Of a DNA stretch of 64,000 nucleotides, positions 29,766 through 38,742 are shown piece by piece. How positions within the stretch are numbered: the first letter of the stretch is position 1; the number at the start of each line of letters is the position of its first letter. Under the pieces are notes generated by a model. It saw only the letters and a list, made by a program, of their open reading frames with translations, had not been told where the DNA came from and searched no databases. The translations under genes and the position numbers were made by a program. This DNA is from an uncultured delta proteobacterium (lineage in GTDB: Bacteria > Desulfobacterota > Syntrophia > Syntrophales > Smithellaceae): positions 245,349-309,348 of the forward strand of contig CAVQAL010000006.1 of assembly GCA_963710575.1 (NCBI GenBank), read 5' to 3'.

Positions 29766-31907
29766 ATGAAGGGCTTTAGTATGTTTGGCATAGATCGAAA
29801 TATTAAGCCAGTATTTAAGCTGTATAAAGGCCTGACTGAACGCAACGAAATAACTGCCCCTTGGCGTTTCCGCAATCAGGATCTTATCCGAAATCACGAA
29901 CCCAACAAGAAGATTATCAAACAGAAAGAACTGATTAATCTTTGGAATAGTCATCACTTTACGGATGGCATGGTTTACGTGCAGCTCCATCACCCTCAGT
30001 ATAACGAAGATATTCTAGTCCGGGCACATCCGGAACCTTGCGGTAATGGTTCGATGACCTGCCGCTGGCCGGAGAAGAGCCTTGGCATTACAGAAAGGGC
30101 AGATATTTTAAATATTATTTTCACGGACGGTCTTTCGGTGTTTCTTATTCCTACACGGCTAAAGGATGTTCAAAAGGATCATTTCACCATTCACCTGCCC
30201 GACAAGGGTTATATACTTGGTCAACGTCGGGCTAGACGTTATCTTTGCCAAGGCGTTGAGGTCGCAGTGGTGCAGAACGGTTTTTGGGCTCAAGGCCGGC
30301 TTGTTGATTTCAGCGCCCTGGCTTTTAGCGTTGAGGTCATCCCTGAGCCAGCGGGGTCTTTTCGCTGGTTTAATACCGACAGCCCATCAACCATCCATCT
30401 TTATCGGAATGAGCAGATCATTTTTTCGGCATCCTGTAACTTAATCCGGCAGACATCTGATCAGGCGACACGGAATATTGTTTTTTCTCCGGTAGTCAAC
30501 CAAACGAGTCGTTTTCTTAAGAAAAAATTTCGCAATCCCCGCGTCGAAGTCACCCCGCTGCCGAATATTACTTTTGATCATCCGGCAATAAGAAAGAAAA
30601 TTCAACAGGATATTTATGATCTCTCAACATCGGGATTCGCCGTTTATGTTTCGGCTAAAGAAGATGTCCTTATGCCCGGGATGATCATCCCCGATCTGAC
30701 TATTAATTATGGCGGAGCCTTGAAAATACAATGCAAGGCGCAGGTTCTCTACCGTCGTGAAGGTAAAAAGAAAAATATCCACTATGGTTTTGTCATCCTC
30801 GATATGGATGTTGTCAGCTATAATCGGCTGAGTCATATAGTAATTAATGTCATTGATTCCCATATCCATATTGCCGATGAAGTGGATGTGGATCAGTTAT
30901 GGGAATTTCTTTTTGAAAGCGGGTTCATTTATCCTAAAAAATATAATCTAGTCCAGTCTTACCGGCGGCATATTAAAGAAACATATCGAAAGCTTTATCG
31001 CGATAACCCGGAAATCATCGCTCAACTGACATACCAGCGAAATGGTCGGATCTACGGACATGTGTCCATGATTAGATCTTATGAGCGGACCTGGATGGTT
31101 CATCACCTTGCCGCAGTGACGTTAAACAATAAGCGGACCGGTCTGCAAATTCTTAAACAAATAGTCCGTTATTTTGATGGCCTTTATCGTCTTCCCGCCT
31201 TCGGAATGGACTATATGATGTTCTATTTTCGTCCCGAAAACAGTTTTCCCGATCATTTTTTTGGCGGGTTTGCCAGGCACCTCAATAATCCGCAAGCCTG
31301 TTCCATAGATCTCTTTTCCTATCTTAGTTATCCGACGTCCGGTGTCCGTCGCCCGCTTCCGGCTGGGTGGTCACTGGAACCGTTTATATCATCCGATTTT
31401 GGTGAAATAGACCGTTTTTACCGGAATGTCTCCGGAGGTCTCTTGCTGGAAATTTTATGTTTGGACAAAGAACAGGAAGACACTGAATCTCTGTCGCAAA
31501 TATATGCCCGCAATGGGTTCAAAAGAAGCTGTCAAAGCTTTTCATTGAAAGAAAAAGGGATTTTAAAGGCTGTACTCATTGTAAACCAATCGGATCCGGG
31601 CCTGAGCCTATCGGACTTCCTCAATGGGATTAAAATCATTGTCAATGATGCGTACGGATTGTCCTGGGAAACACTATCTGCTGCTATTTCTCAATTAGCC
31701 GGTTCTTTTACAATTGACAAAATACCGATTCTAATTTATCCAACAAGCTACTTGGAGGCTAAGGGAGTTCCTTTTGGAAAACAATATAATCTATGGATCC
31801 TGGATGCTTATTATGGAAGAGAATATGGTGAATATATGATGGCAAATACAAAAATACGGCTTAAATTCCTGTTTCGTTTTCTCATAAGGAAGTATCTGAA
31901 GAAATGA
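29766..31907 (+). CDS. Tandem PilZ-domain protein with an N-terminal YcgR-N-like region and a ~350-aa uncharacterised C-terminal domain (713 aa)
   Basis: PilZ-1 is QRRARRY...VDFSALA (RxxxR plus DxSxxA) at aa ~153-190. PilZ-2 is FRNPRV...YDLSTSG (DxSxxG) at aa ~255-355. I could place no motif in aa ~365-713. The stop overlaps the next gene's start (ATGA at 31904-31907). Alternative start at ATG 29781. Confidence 0.75.
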   Translation: MKGFSMFGIDRNIKPVFKLYKGLTERNEITAPWRFRNQDLIRNHEPNKKIIKQKELINLWNSHHFTDGMVYVQLHHPQYNEDILVRAHPEPCGNGSMTCRWPEKSLGITERADILNIIFTDGLSVFLIPTRLKDVQKDHFTIHLPDKGYILGQRRARRYLCQGVEVAVVQNGFWAQGRLVDFSALAFSVEVIPEPAGSFRWFNTDSPSTIHLYRNEQIIFSASCNLIRQTSDQATRNIVFSPVVNQTSRFLKKKFRNPRVEVTPLPNITFDHPAIRKKIQQDIYDLSTSGFAVYVSAKEDVLMPGMIIPDLTINYGGALKIQCKAQVLYRREGKKKNIHYGFVILDMDVVSYNRLSHIVINVIDSHIHIADEVDVDQLWEFLFESGFIYPKKYNLVQSYRRHIKETYRKLYRDNPEIIAQLTYQRNGRIYGHVSMIRSYERTWMVHHLAAVTLNNKRTGLQILKQIVRYFDGLYRLPAFGMDYMMFYFRPENSFPDHFFGGFARHLNNPQACSIDLFSYLSYPTSGVRRPLPAGWSLEPFISSDFGEIDRFYRNVSGGLLLEILCLDKEQEDTESLSQIYARNGFKRSCQSFSLKEKGILKAVLIVNQSDPGLSLSDFLNGIKIIVNDAYGLSWETLSAAISQLAGSFTIDKIPILIYPTSYLEAKGVPFGKQYNLWILDAYYGREYGEYMMANTKIRLKFLFRFLIRKYLKK

Positions 31908-34249
31908 TGGAAGAGACCCCCCTTTACAACAGCCGGATCATCAAGAGCTACGTGGAGTACCTGAACAGGTACCATCCGGATATTGATATTGCCCCCCTTT
32001 TAAAATATGCGGATATGGAAACTTATCAGCTTGATGATGAAGGTCATTGGTTGACTCAAAGTCAGATTGAACGCTTTTATGAAAAGCTTGTGCAAACGAT
32101 TAAAGATCCGGACATTGCCAGAAAAGTAGGGCGTTATTCCGCTACCTCTCGCGCCTCCGGTGCCTTGGGACAATATCTGCTGGGCTTCATTAATCCGGCG
32201 ACAGCTTATGCCGTTCTGGAAAAGATTAACGCCCATCTCAGCAGGGCGGCAGTCTTGAAGACCAAAGCTATTGGGGCTAATCAGATTGAGGTGACGGCAG
32301 TGTTGCAGCCGGGGGTGGTTGAAAAACCTTATCAGTGTCTTAACCGGCTGGGCACATTAGAATCGCTGGCAAAACTTTTAACCAATAAGTTTGCCAATAT
32401 AGAGCATCCTACCTGTATTCATGAGGGTGGGGACTGTTGCCTCTATATCATCACATGGGAGAAAACACACTCCTTTGTCTGGAAAAAGATCCGCAATTAC
32501 TTTTTAATCCTCGGTTTTGCGATCTGCCTCGTCTTACTGTCTATTCTCAGTCCAGTTTATTGGAATAAACTTGTTTTGTTTTATATTGTGATGTCCATGG
32601 GGATATCGATGTATACGGAAAGTCTAGAAAAGAAGGAACTCCTTGCTAATATCCAAAACCAGGGGGATTCAGCAGAACGTCTTCTGGAGCAGATCAATAA
32701 ACGATATAATGAGTCCCTGTTGATTCAGGAAATCGGCCAAGCCTCCTCCATGATCATGGAGGTTGATCAACTACTCAACTTCATAATCGAGTCTCTGGGA
32801 AAAAGACTGGATTTCGACCGGGGCATGATTATGCTGGCCAACCAGCAAAAAGACAGTCTCGTTGCTACGGTCAGTTATGGATACAACCCAAGAGATGAAA
32901 ATTACGTGAAGAACATAAAATTTCATCTGGATAATCCTCTCTCCAAGGGTGTGGCGGTAAATGCCTTCAGAAAACAAAAACCAATCTTGGTTAATGATAT
33001 CTCCGAAATTGAGCATGATCTTTCAGTGAGGAGTATCGATTTTGTCCGCGCCATGGGCGCCCAGTCTTTTATCATCGTTCCTATTGTTTATAAAGGGGAA
33101 TCCATGGGTATTATGATGGTGGATAATGTGCAATCAAAGAAACCTCTCGGCCAGACGGAGATGAGTCTTTTGATGGGTATTGCCCCGCAGATTGGCATCA
33201 GTATCAATAACGCTATCGCTTATCAGAAAATAAAAGAGAGTGAGGCGCGGTTTAGATCGCTCAGCGAAAATGCACCAGATATAATTTATACCTTGGGTAT
33301 CAACGGGGAATTTACCTATGCCAACCCGGCAATTGAAACGATTTTGGGGTATCGTTCAGAGGAAATCATTGGTAAATATTTTATAGATATTGCCAAAAAA
33401 GAAGATATCGCGAGATATATTAAAGTCTTTAAGCAAGTCAGAGACCTGAAGCAAACCATTAAAGAAGAGATAGGCATCCTTCTTCATAAGGATGGCACTG
33501 ATCGGTATTTCAGCCTCAGTGGTGCGCCAAATTTTGATTCAGAAGGAAATTTTATCGGATTGGTTGGAATATTTAAAGATCTGACCGACATTAGAAGATC
33601 GGAAGCCGAACTGAAAAAGAGCCTTGAAAAGCTTCAATCAGCCATGAGCAGTACCATTGATGCTATTTCCCTGATTGTTGAATCAAGGGATCCCTACACG
33701 GCAGGTCATCAAAGGCGCGTAGCTAAGCTCGCCGTGGCCATAGCCGAAAAATTGGGTTTATCGGAAGAGAAAATCGAATTTATTCGTATGGGCAGTCTGA
33801 TCCACGATATAGGAAAAATATATATTCCAGCTTCTATCCTGACAAAACCATCACGATTGGGCGACCTTGAATTCGCAATGATGAAAACTCATCCGACCGT
33901 GGGTTATAAAATATTGAATAAAGTTGATTTTATTCCAGTTATCGTTGATATTGTTTATCAGCATCACGAAAGAATGGATGGTTCGGGATATCCATTAGGG
34001 ATTTCCGGTGATAAAATATTTTTAGAATCCAGGATTGTCGCCGTTGCAGACGCGGTTGAAGCCATGGCCAGCAACCGTCCATACAGACCTGCACGGGGAA
34101 TAGCGTTTGCGCTGGAAGAAATTAAAAAGCAGCGCGGTTTGGGCCTCGATGCCGGGGTTGTGGATGCTTGTCTGGACCTTTTTGAAAAACAAGGCTTCGA
34201 GTTTAAGCAGGATGAAGAACAATTGGATATTGGTGTTCAATGGATTTAG
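31904..34249 (+). CDS. Membrane-associated GAF-PAS-HD-GYP c-di-GMP phosphodiesterase with an uncharacterised N-terminal domain (781 aa)
   Basis: HD-GYP signatures HQRRVAKLA, LIHDIGKIYIP and YQHHERMDGSGYPLG. Hydrophobic helices at aa ~197-238. A GAF-like region lies at aa ~280-440 and PAS at aa ~450-560. The N-terminal ~190 aa end in HPTCIHEGGDCCLYIITW. Confidence 0.85.
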   Translation: MMEETPLYNSRIIKSYVEYLNRYHPDIDIAPLLKYADMETYQLDDEGHWLTQSQIERFYEKLVQTIKDPDIARKVGRYSATSRASGALGQYLLGFINPATAYAVLEKINAHLSRAAVLKTKAIGANQIEVTAVLQPGVVEKPYQCLNRLGTLESLAKLLTNKFANIEHPTCIHEGGDCCLYIITWEKTHSFVWKKIRNYFLILGFAICLVLLSILSPVYWNKLVLFYIVMSMGISMYTESLEKKELLANIQNQGDSAERLLEQINKRYNESLLIQEIGQASSMIMEVDQLLNFIIESLGKRLDFDRGMIMLANQQKDSLVATVSYGYNPRDENYVKNIKFHLDNPLSKGVAVNAFRKQKPILVNDISEIEHDLSVRSIDFVRAMGAQSFIIVPIVYKGESMGIMMVDNVQSKKPLGQTEMSLLMGIAPQIGISINNAIAYQKIKESEARFRSLSENAPDIIYTLGINGEFTYANPAIETILGYRSEEIIGKYFIDIAKKEDIARYIKVFKQVRDLKQTIKEEIGILLHKDGTDRYFSLSGAPNFDSEGNFIGLVGIFKDLTDIRRSEAELKKSLEKLQSAMSSTIDAISLIVESRDPYTAGHQRRVAKLAVAIAEKLGLSEEKIEFIRMGSLIHDIGKIYIPASILTKPSRLGDLEFAMMKTHPTVGYKILNKVDFIPVIVDIVYQHHERMDGSGYPLGISGDKIFLESRIVAVADAVEAMASNRPYRPARGIAFALEEIKKQRGLGLDAGVVDACLDLFEKQGFEFKQDEEQLDIGVQWI

Positions 34250-34263
34250 ACCTTCTCTTAACG

Positions 34264-34395
34264 GAAACCGACAACGACGTCAACAAAAATAGCGCTTTGA
34301 TCGGAAGCGCATTCCCTTAAGGAGAGCGCATAATAAATAGGACATTACATTGCCGAGAATTTTAGCCAATATGGCGAAAACTTCCTTTAGGATTG
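34264..34395 (+). repeat. Interspersed repeat family A, copy 1
   Basis: Shares the exact 21-mer caacaaaaatagcgctttgat (34281-34301) and the 12-mer atggcgaaaact (34371-34382) with 46629-46649 and 46685-46696. The flanking segments also align with 38423-38571 (reverse complement). Confidence 0.8.
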
Positions 34396-34400
34396 GGGAA

Positions 34401-34967
34401 CTACCTCTTATATCTGCCCATCACCTGCGCTTCTGCCATCACGTGTCCTTTCATTGCTTTGAGTAGTTCTTCTTTGGATAATCCGGCATTCAGATTCAGC
34501 ATAGTATCCAGAGCGTACAATTTAAAGAAGTAGCGGTGTGTGCCGCTAGGAGGACAGGGGCCGTCGTAACCGTAACGCTGGGAAGTGTTTTTGCCGTTTT
34601 TCCCCAAACCCGCGATTTCTTCCTGTTTGGCAACTTTTTCGGGAAAAGAATTTACATTTGCCGGAATATCAAAGATGACCCAGTGCACCCATGTGCCCGC
34701 GGGCGCGTCGGGATCATCACAGATGAGCGCGAAGCTTTTAGTTCCTTCCGGCGCTCCGTTCCATGCAAGCTGCGGCGAAATATTCTGGCCGTCACAGGTG
34801 TATTTTGCAGGAATCATATCTTCATGTTTAAACGACAAACTTGTTATTTCCATAATTTTTCCTCCTTTTATTTTGGTGTTCATTTGATCTTTTGCTTGCG
34901 CGAGCATGTTTCCGCCGGCGGCAATTAAAAAAATAGTCAGGAAAAAACAAATCAGATAGTTTTTCAT
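34401..34967 (-). CDS. Secreted YbhB/YbcL-family PEBP (Raf-kinase-inhibitor-like) protein
   Basis: Signal peptide MKNYLICFFLTIFLIAAGGNMLA. Family motifs ICDDPDAP...WVHW and THRYFFKLYALD. Start moved to ATG 34967, after GGAGGG. Confidence 0.85.
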   Translation of the reverse strand: MKNYLICFFLTIFLIAAGGNMLAQAKDQMNTKIKGGKIMEITSLSFKHEDMIPAKYTCDGQNISPQLAWNGAPEGTKSFALICDDPDAPAGTWVHWVIFDIPANVNSFPEKVAKQEEIAGLGKNGKNTSQRYGYDGPCPPSGTHRYFFKLYALDTMLNLNAGLSKEELLKAMKGHVMAEAQVMGRYKR

Positions 34968-35134
34968 TTCTATTCCCTCCATATTTATAAATTAAGACCG
35001 GTTTGATTGGCGTTATTTTAGCAGAGATTTTAAAGACGTCAATAGCTCTTATGAACCTTATTGACACATGCATTTTTTGTGATACCATCGAAAAAAGGTC
35101 AAATTTTTTATTGGTGCAATGAAAGAAGAACACT

Positions 35135-35458
35135 ATGTTCTGTCCAAAATGTAAAAGCGAGTATCGGGAAGGTTTTTATAAGTGCTCCGATTGCGGTATT
35201 GATTTGGTTGCAGAACAGCCTCTGGAACTTGTGGAAGAAGTAAGTTACGTCGATCTTGTTGAAGTTTATTCCACGTATCAGCAAGGCGATATCGCCTTTA
35301 TAAAATCTGTTTTTGATGGAGAAGGCATAACATATTTTTTTGAGGGAGAAAGTTCTATGATGATCGTCGCGGCGGGGGCTTATGCCCGCCTATTGGTTAA
35401 GGCTGAAGAGGTTCAGCGGGCAAGAGAAATCTTGCGGGAATTGGGATTATTGGAATAA
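35135..35458 (+). CDS. Small zinc-ribbon plus DUF2007-like (putative signal-transducing) protein (107 aa)
   Basis: N-terminal CPKC...CSDC zinc ribbon. The C-terminal ~70 aa (VEVYSTYQQGDIAFIKSVFDGEGITYFF...ARLLV..EEVQRAREIL) match the DUF2007 pattern as I remember it. Confidence 0.6.
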   Translation: MFCPKCKSEYREGFYKCSDCGIDLVAEQPLELVEEVSYVDLVEVYSTYQQGDIAFIKSVFDGEGITYFFEGESSMMIVAAGAYARLLVKAEEVQRAREILRELGLLE

Positions 35459-35498
35459 CAATGAGTGTGAGCGTATGGCTGGTTCCACGCTCATTGTT
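35457..35498. terminator. Imperfect hairpin between convergent genes (possible bidirectional terminator)
   Basis: AACAAT-GAGTGT(bulge)-GAGCGT-loop(12 nt)-ACGCTC-ATTGTT begins at the stop codon of 35135-35458. No U-tract is present, so intrinsic termination is unproven. Confidence 0.3.
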
Positions 35499-35541
35499 CA
35501 GCAATGGGGTAACTCTGATCCTGTGTGACGAAATTCAGCTT

Positions 35542-35979
35542 CTACTTGCCGCACGGGAATGCATAATAGAACGCGTTGAAAACTACGCCTGCCTGTGGAA
35601 AATTATTCAGTTCAGGATGTTCCTTGATATACTTGACCACGATCTTAGCAGCCTGTCCGTTGTTTACATTATTTTCGGGTAGGCAAGCCATCGGCTTTAT
35701 GCTGTTCTTTTGATCGTATAATTGTCTTGCATAAATGGCATCTTTGAATCCAACCACGTAGCTCATGCACTGTATGGCCTTAGTCTGCTGAGTTTTCGAG
35801 GGAAGGGGCTTTGCTTCCTTTATTAGATTTGTGATATATGTGTCCTGTCCCATTTCTAAGGCTAAAGAACAGTCAATTAAGATGTCTTTACCGGTGGGGT
35901 TTCGTTCATCTGCGAAAGCGACCCATGAATAAGCCAAGCACAGAAGAACCAAACATACAATGCGCAGAATCTCTTTCAT
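35542..35979 (-). CDS. Secreted Cys-containing protein, possibly Rap1a/Tai4-like immunity-family fold (145 aa)
   Basis: Start moved to ATG 35979 (MKEILRIVCLVLLCLAYSWVAFA signal peptide), after GGGAGG. The pattern C...C.SYVVGFKDA...ACLPENV..GQAAKIVVKYIKEHPE...AFYYAFPC resembles the Rap1a/Tai4 family. That resemblance is from memory and was not searched. Confidence 0.5.
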   Translation of the reverse strand: MKEILRIVCLVLLCLAYSWVAFADERNPTGKDILIDCSLALEMGQDTYITNLIKEAKPLPSKTQQTKAIQCMSYVVGFKDAIYARQLYDQKNSIKPMACLPENNVNNGQAAKIVVKYIKEHPELNNFPQAGVVFNAFYYAFPCGK

Positions 35980-36135
35980 ATGTACCTCCCTTATCGAACA
36001 AGTATGTACGGAGAATATATATTCAACCCCAATTCTTAGCCGAACAATTAATATACGAACTTCACTTTTCCCGTTATTGTGATTACACAAAATAACATAA
36101 CTTATTTTTTCTTGAAAAGGTAAATCTGTTCAACA

Positions 36136-36162
36136 CTGGATTCCCGCCTTCGCGGGAATGAC
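36136..36162. repeat. REP-like hairpin unit (family C): CTGGATTCCCGC-cttc-GCGGGAATGAC
   Basis: Perfect 8-bp stem ATTCCCGC/GCGGGAAT with a 4-nt loop, just downstream of queF. The same CTGGATWCC...GGWATGAC frame occurs at 41589-41616 and 48754-48780. Confidence 0.8.
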
Positions 36163-36169
36163 GGTAGAG

Positions 36170-36574
36170 TCATTTCTGATATTCCGCATCGACGGTTATT
36201 CCAATGCCGCCGCGCGCGGCGAATTCCGCGCTTACCTTGCACCAGCGCGGCTTGAGCGCGGCGACCAGATCATCAAGCATTATATTGGTGACGTGTTCGT
36301 GGAAAACGCCTTCATTGCGGAAAGACCATAAATACAATTTCAGCGATTTGGACTCGATAATTTTCTTATCCGGAATGTATTGGATTTTGATTTTGGCAAA
36401 ATCAGGCTGACCCGTCTTGGGGCAAACACAGGTAAATTCTTCGGTCTGCAAGGTTACCACATAATCGCGCTTATCATTGTGATTGGGAAACGTCTCCAGC
36501 TTTCGTACCGGTTTGGCTGGTTTGCCCAGAAGGGTTAACCCTGCCAGATCATTTTTCTTTGTGTTTTTTGCCAT
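36170..36574 (-). CDS. queF: NADPH-dependent 7-cyano-7-deazaguanine (preQ0) reductase, unimodular type
   Basis: QueF motifs EFTCVCPKTGQPDFA (catalytic Cys) and ESKSLKLYLWSFRN. Start moved to ATG 36574 (MAKNTKK). Confidence 0.9.
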   Translation of the reverse strand: MAKNTKKNDLAGLTLLGKPAKPVRKLETFPNHNDKRDYVVTLQTEEFTCVCPKTGQPDFAKIKIQYIPDKKIIESKSLKLYLWSFRNEGVFHEHVTNIMLDDLVAALKPRWCKVSAEFAARGGIGITVDAEYQK

Positions 36575-36716
36575 GATTTCCCCTAAAAATAAGTAGTGTG
36601 TCTGGTTACCAAAAGAAAAGATTAATATCAAGAATATTTGCTGAGCAAAAAGATTTCCCTTTTAGAAATGTTTTTGTGATAAATTTACAGAAAGGCCTAT
36701 AAAGGAGGAATGTACT

Positions 36717-36899
36717 ATGACAGAACAAAAGCCGGCCATTCCGGAAAATACCTGGAAATGCAGTAATTGCGGCAACACGGTTGTGGAAATTCAGCCGCCG
36801 GAGGTATGCCCTTCCTGCCAACAGAAATGCGAGTTTCTGAATGTGACCTGCTACCAGCCGGATTGCGGCTTTACCGGAATGGATAAAAAACTGAAATAG
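36717..36899 (+). CDS. Small rubredoxin-like zinc-ribbon protein (60 aa)
   Basis: WKCSNCGN...VCPSCQQ two-CxxC knuckle arrangement, as in the rubrerythrin C-terminal domain. Strong AAAGGAGGA RBS lies 6 nt before ATG 36717. Confidence 0.65.
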   Translation: MTEQKPAIPENTWKCSNCGNTVVEIQPPEVCPSCQQKCEFLNVTCYQPDCGFTGMDKKLK

Positions 36900-36924
36900 G
36901 CTACTGAAAATTACCTCTGTTGAG

Positions 36925-37797
36925 CTAGATGTGGCGCGCTTTGAACGGGAGTGCACCTTGAATATATTCCACAATAATACGTCCCGCTTTTTCGCTGTGA
37001 GTTTCCATATTACTTTTAAGCTCTATGTAAGTGGAATCAGGTAGTATCTTTATAAGATGCTTTATGTTTTCTGTATCATGGAGCGTGTCTGTCGTAGCGC
37101 CGATGATGAGACATGGAACAGTGATGTTGCCTATACGATTCCATATCGCGTAGTTTCGAATAGCAAGTGCGTTAGCTTTCAGTTTGTATGGATCTGCGCA
37201 GTCTATGGTGTTTTCATATTTTTCAATCTGTTCTTTACAGTTTTTTTTATCCAGTCTGAAGTTTCTTAGATACCATTTTATTACAGGCTTTACCGTAAAG
37301 TAGAGTGAAGGATGTATTGCTGGAATTATTGTCCCCAATATTTTGGGGAATCTAAACTCGGTGTTTGGAGCGATCAATACCGCGGATAAAGGTTTCTGCT
37401 TCTCTGATCCGCAGTATTCAAGAATCGCAGAAGCACCGAGTGAACTTCCCGCAAGTATAAATTTTTCTGATGGTGGGATAACTTTTTCTACGATCTCACC
37501 TATGTCGAGTTTAAGACGTTCAATGGAGAAGCTTACTTTTTTTACATCAGGAACCGTTGATGACTGTTTTTCCCTCGATTCAAGATAGATGACTCTGTGC
37601 TCAGCGGTTAGAACTTTCAGCACGTCTTTCCAGCCGGAGATCAGTGAAATCCATCCTGCTACAAAAAGAATAACAGGCCTTCCCTGCGAAATATTTTGTG
37701 GAGTGAAATCAATTATCTTAAGAGAAACTCCATCTGATACATCAACCATATATTCTTTAACGGTTGTTGAATTGTCAGTGTACGGAGCATAATCCAT
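36925..37797 (-). CDS. Alpha/beta hydrolase (290 aa)
   Basis: Nucleophile elbow AGSSLGA, an oxyanion-region FVAGW, and a C-terminal Asp/His region (TDTLHD...HSE). Confidence 0.75.
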   Translation of the reverse strand: MDYAPYTDNSTTVKEYMVDVSDGVSLKIIDFTPQNISQGRPVILFVAGWISLISGWKDVLKVLTAEHRVIYLESREKQSSTVPDVKKVSFSIERLKLDIGEIVEKVIPPSEKFILAGSSLGASAILEYCGSEKQKPLSAVLIAPNTEFRFPKILGTIIPAIHPSLYFTVKPVIKWYLRNFRLDKKNCKEQIEKYENTIDCADPYKLKANALAIRNYAIWNRIGNITVPCLIIGATTDTLHDTENIKHLIKILPDSTYIELKSNMETHSEKAGRIIVEYIQGALPFKARHI

Positions 37798-37909
37798 ATT
37801 ATTTACCCTGGACTATTTACATTCGAATGAGTTTCTACATGAATCTATTTAGTTAATCGAAAAAATAATTATAAATCCAACAAATTTGAGGGACAGCTTT
37901 TCCTCATCC

Positions 37910-38260
37910 CTATTGACCGGGTAAAATGATTTTAGATGCTTCCTGCCGTTCCATTTCCTTGGCTTCGGCAATCATCGACTGAACTGCTTTTTCAATGGCT
38001 TCGGGTAATTTTGCCGCTGCTTCGCTTAAGTTTTTTGCCCCTTCAATCATACACTGAACCGGAATCGGTCCGTTGGGGGACATAAGCTGGGTCATGCCCG
38101 TAAAAATGGCTTCCCTGCTCTCATCAATCGAGCCGTCAATATTTACGGGTGTGAGACGTCTGATTGTTGCAAACGTCAAATCAGTAAACGCCTCTTCTTT
38201 GTAAAGATTGCCGGTATTTATTTTAATATCCGTTATTTTAGTTCCGTTAGCGTTATCCAT
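37910..38260 (-). CDS. Hypothetical cytoplasmic protein (116 aa)
   Basis: Clean ORF with an AAGGAGAAG RBS and a coding-like composition. I recognise no motif. Confidence 0.6.
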   Translation of the reverse strand: MDNANGTKITDIKINTGNLYKEEAFTDLTFATIRRLTPVNIDGSIDESREAIFTGMTQLMSPNGPIPVQCMIEGAKNLSEAAAKLPEAIEKAVQSMIAEAKEMERQEASKIILPGQ

Positions 38261-38422
38261 GAATTGTCTTCTCCTTAAATATGCGGGCTGATTGTTCGTA
38301 TGCCCCGAAAAACAACGGAAACTGTAAGCTAAACGGCCTCCTTTTTTTTCGGATTATTACTCACTTCAATATAATTTTAAAATCAGTTACGTTAAATTGA
38401 TGAAAACTTCAATTAATATTTT

Positions 38423-38571
38423 ATACCACCTCTAAATAAAAGCGCTATCTTTGTTGGCCGCGTCGGTGGCTTCCTCAACGTATTTTCATACGTGTGACCT
38501 TGAGGTTATACGCCTGCGTTGCCTCCTCCTCGCTGCCTCGATATTATCTTTGATTTAGAAGCGGTATCAAT
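38423..38571 (-). repeat. Interspersed repeat family A, copy 2 (inverted orientation)
   Basis: The reverse complement reads ttctaaatcaaagataatatcgaggcagcgaggaggaggcaacgcaggcgtat...aatacgttgaggaagccaccgacgcggccaacaaagatagcgctttt. It aligns with 46721-46810 and 46629-46660. It contains the hairpin CGTAT-gaaa-ATACG nested in CCTCAA...TTGAGG. Confidence 0.8.
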
Positions 38572-38742
38572 TTAAAAAGATAACATCGGGGAATCAGATT
38601 CAGCCTCATCCACAAGCTCAATTTATTTATCTTGAGGAATTTATCAAACACTAACCAAGTATTGTTACACTCAATATTAATGTTTGACAATAACCGGTAA
38701 GGCGTTTAAGATTAATCTTTAAACAAGATACAGGAGACGACC

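Noticed and set aside
36575-36716. A preQ1 riboswitch might be expected upstream of queF.
   Set aside because: Reading the minus-strand leader, I found no preQ1-I/II-like stem with the conserved C-rich loop and A-rich tail. The region looks like a plain divergent promoter region.
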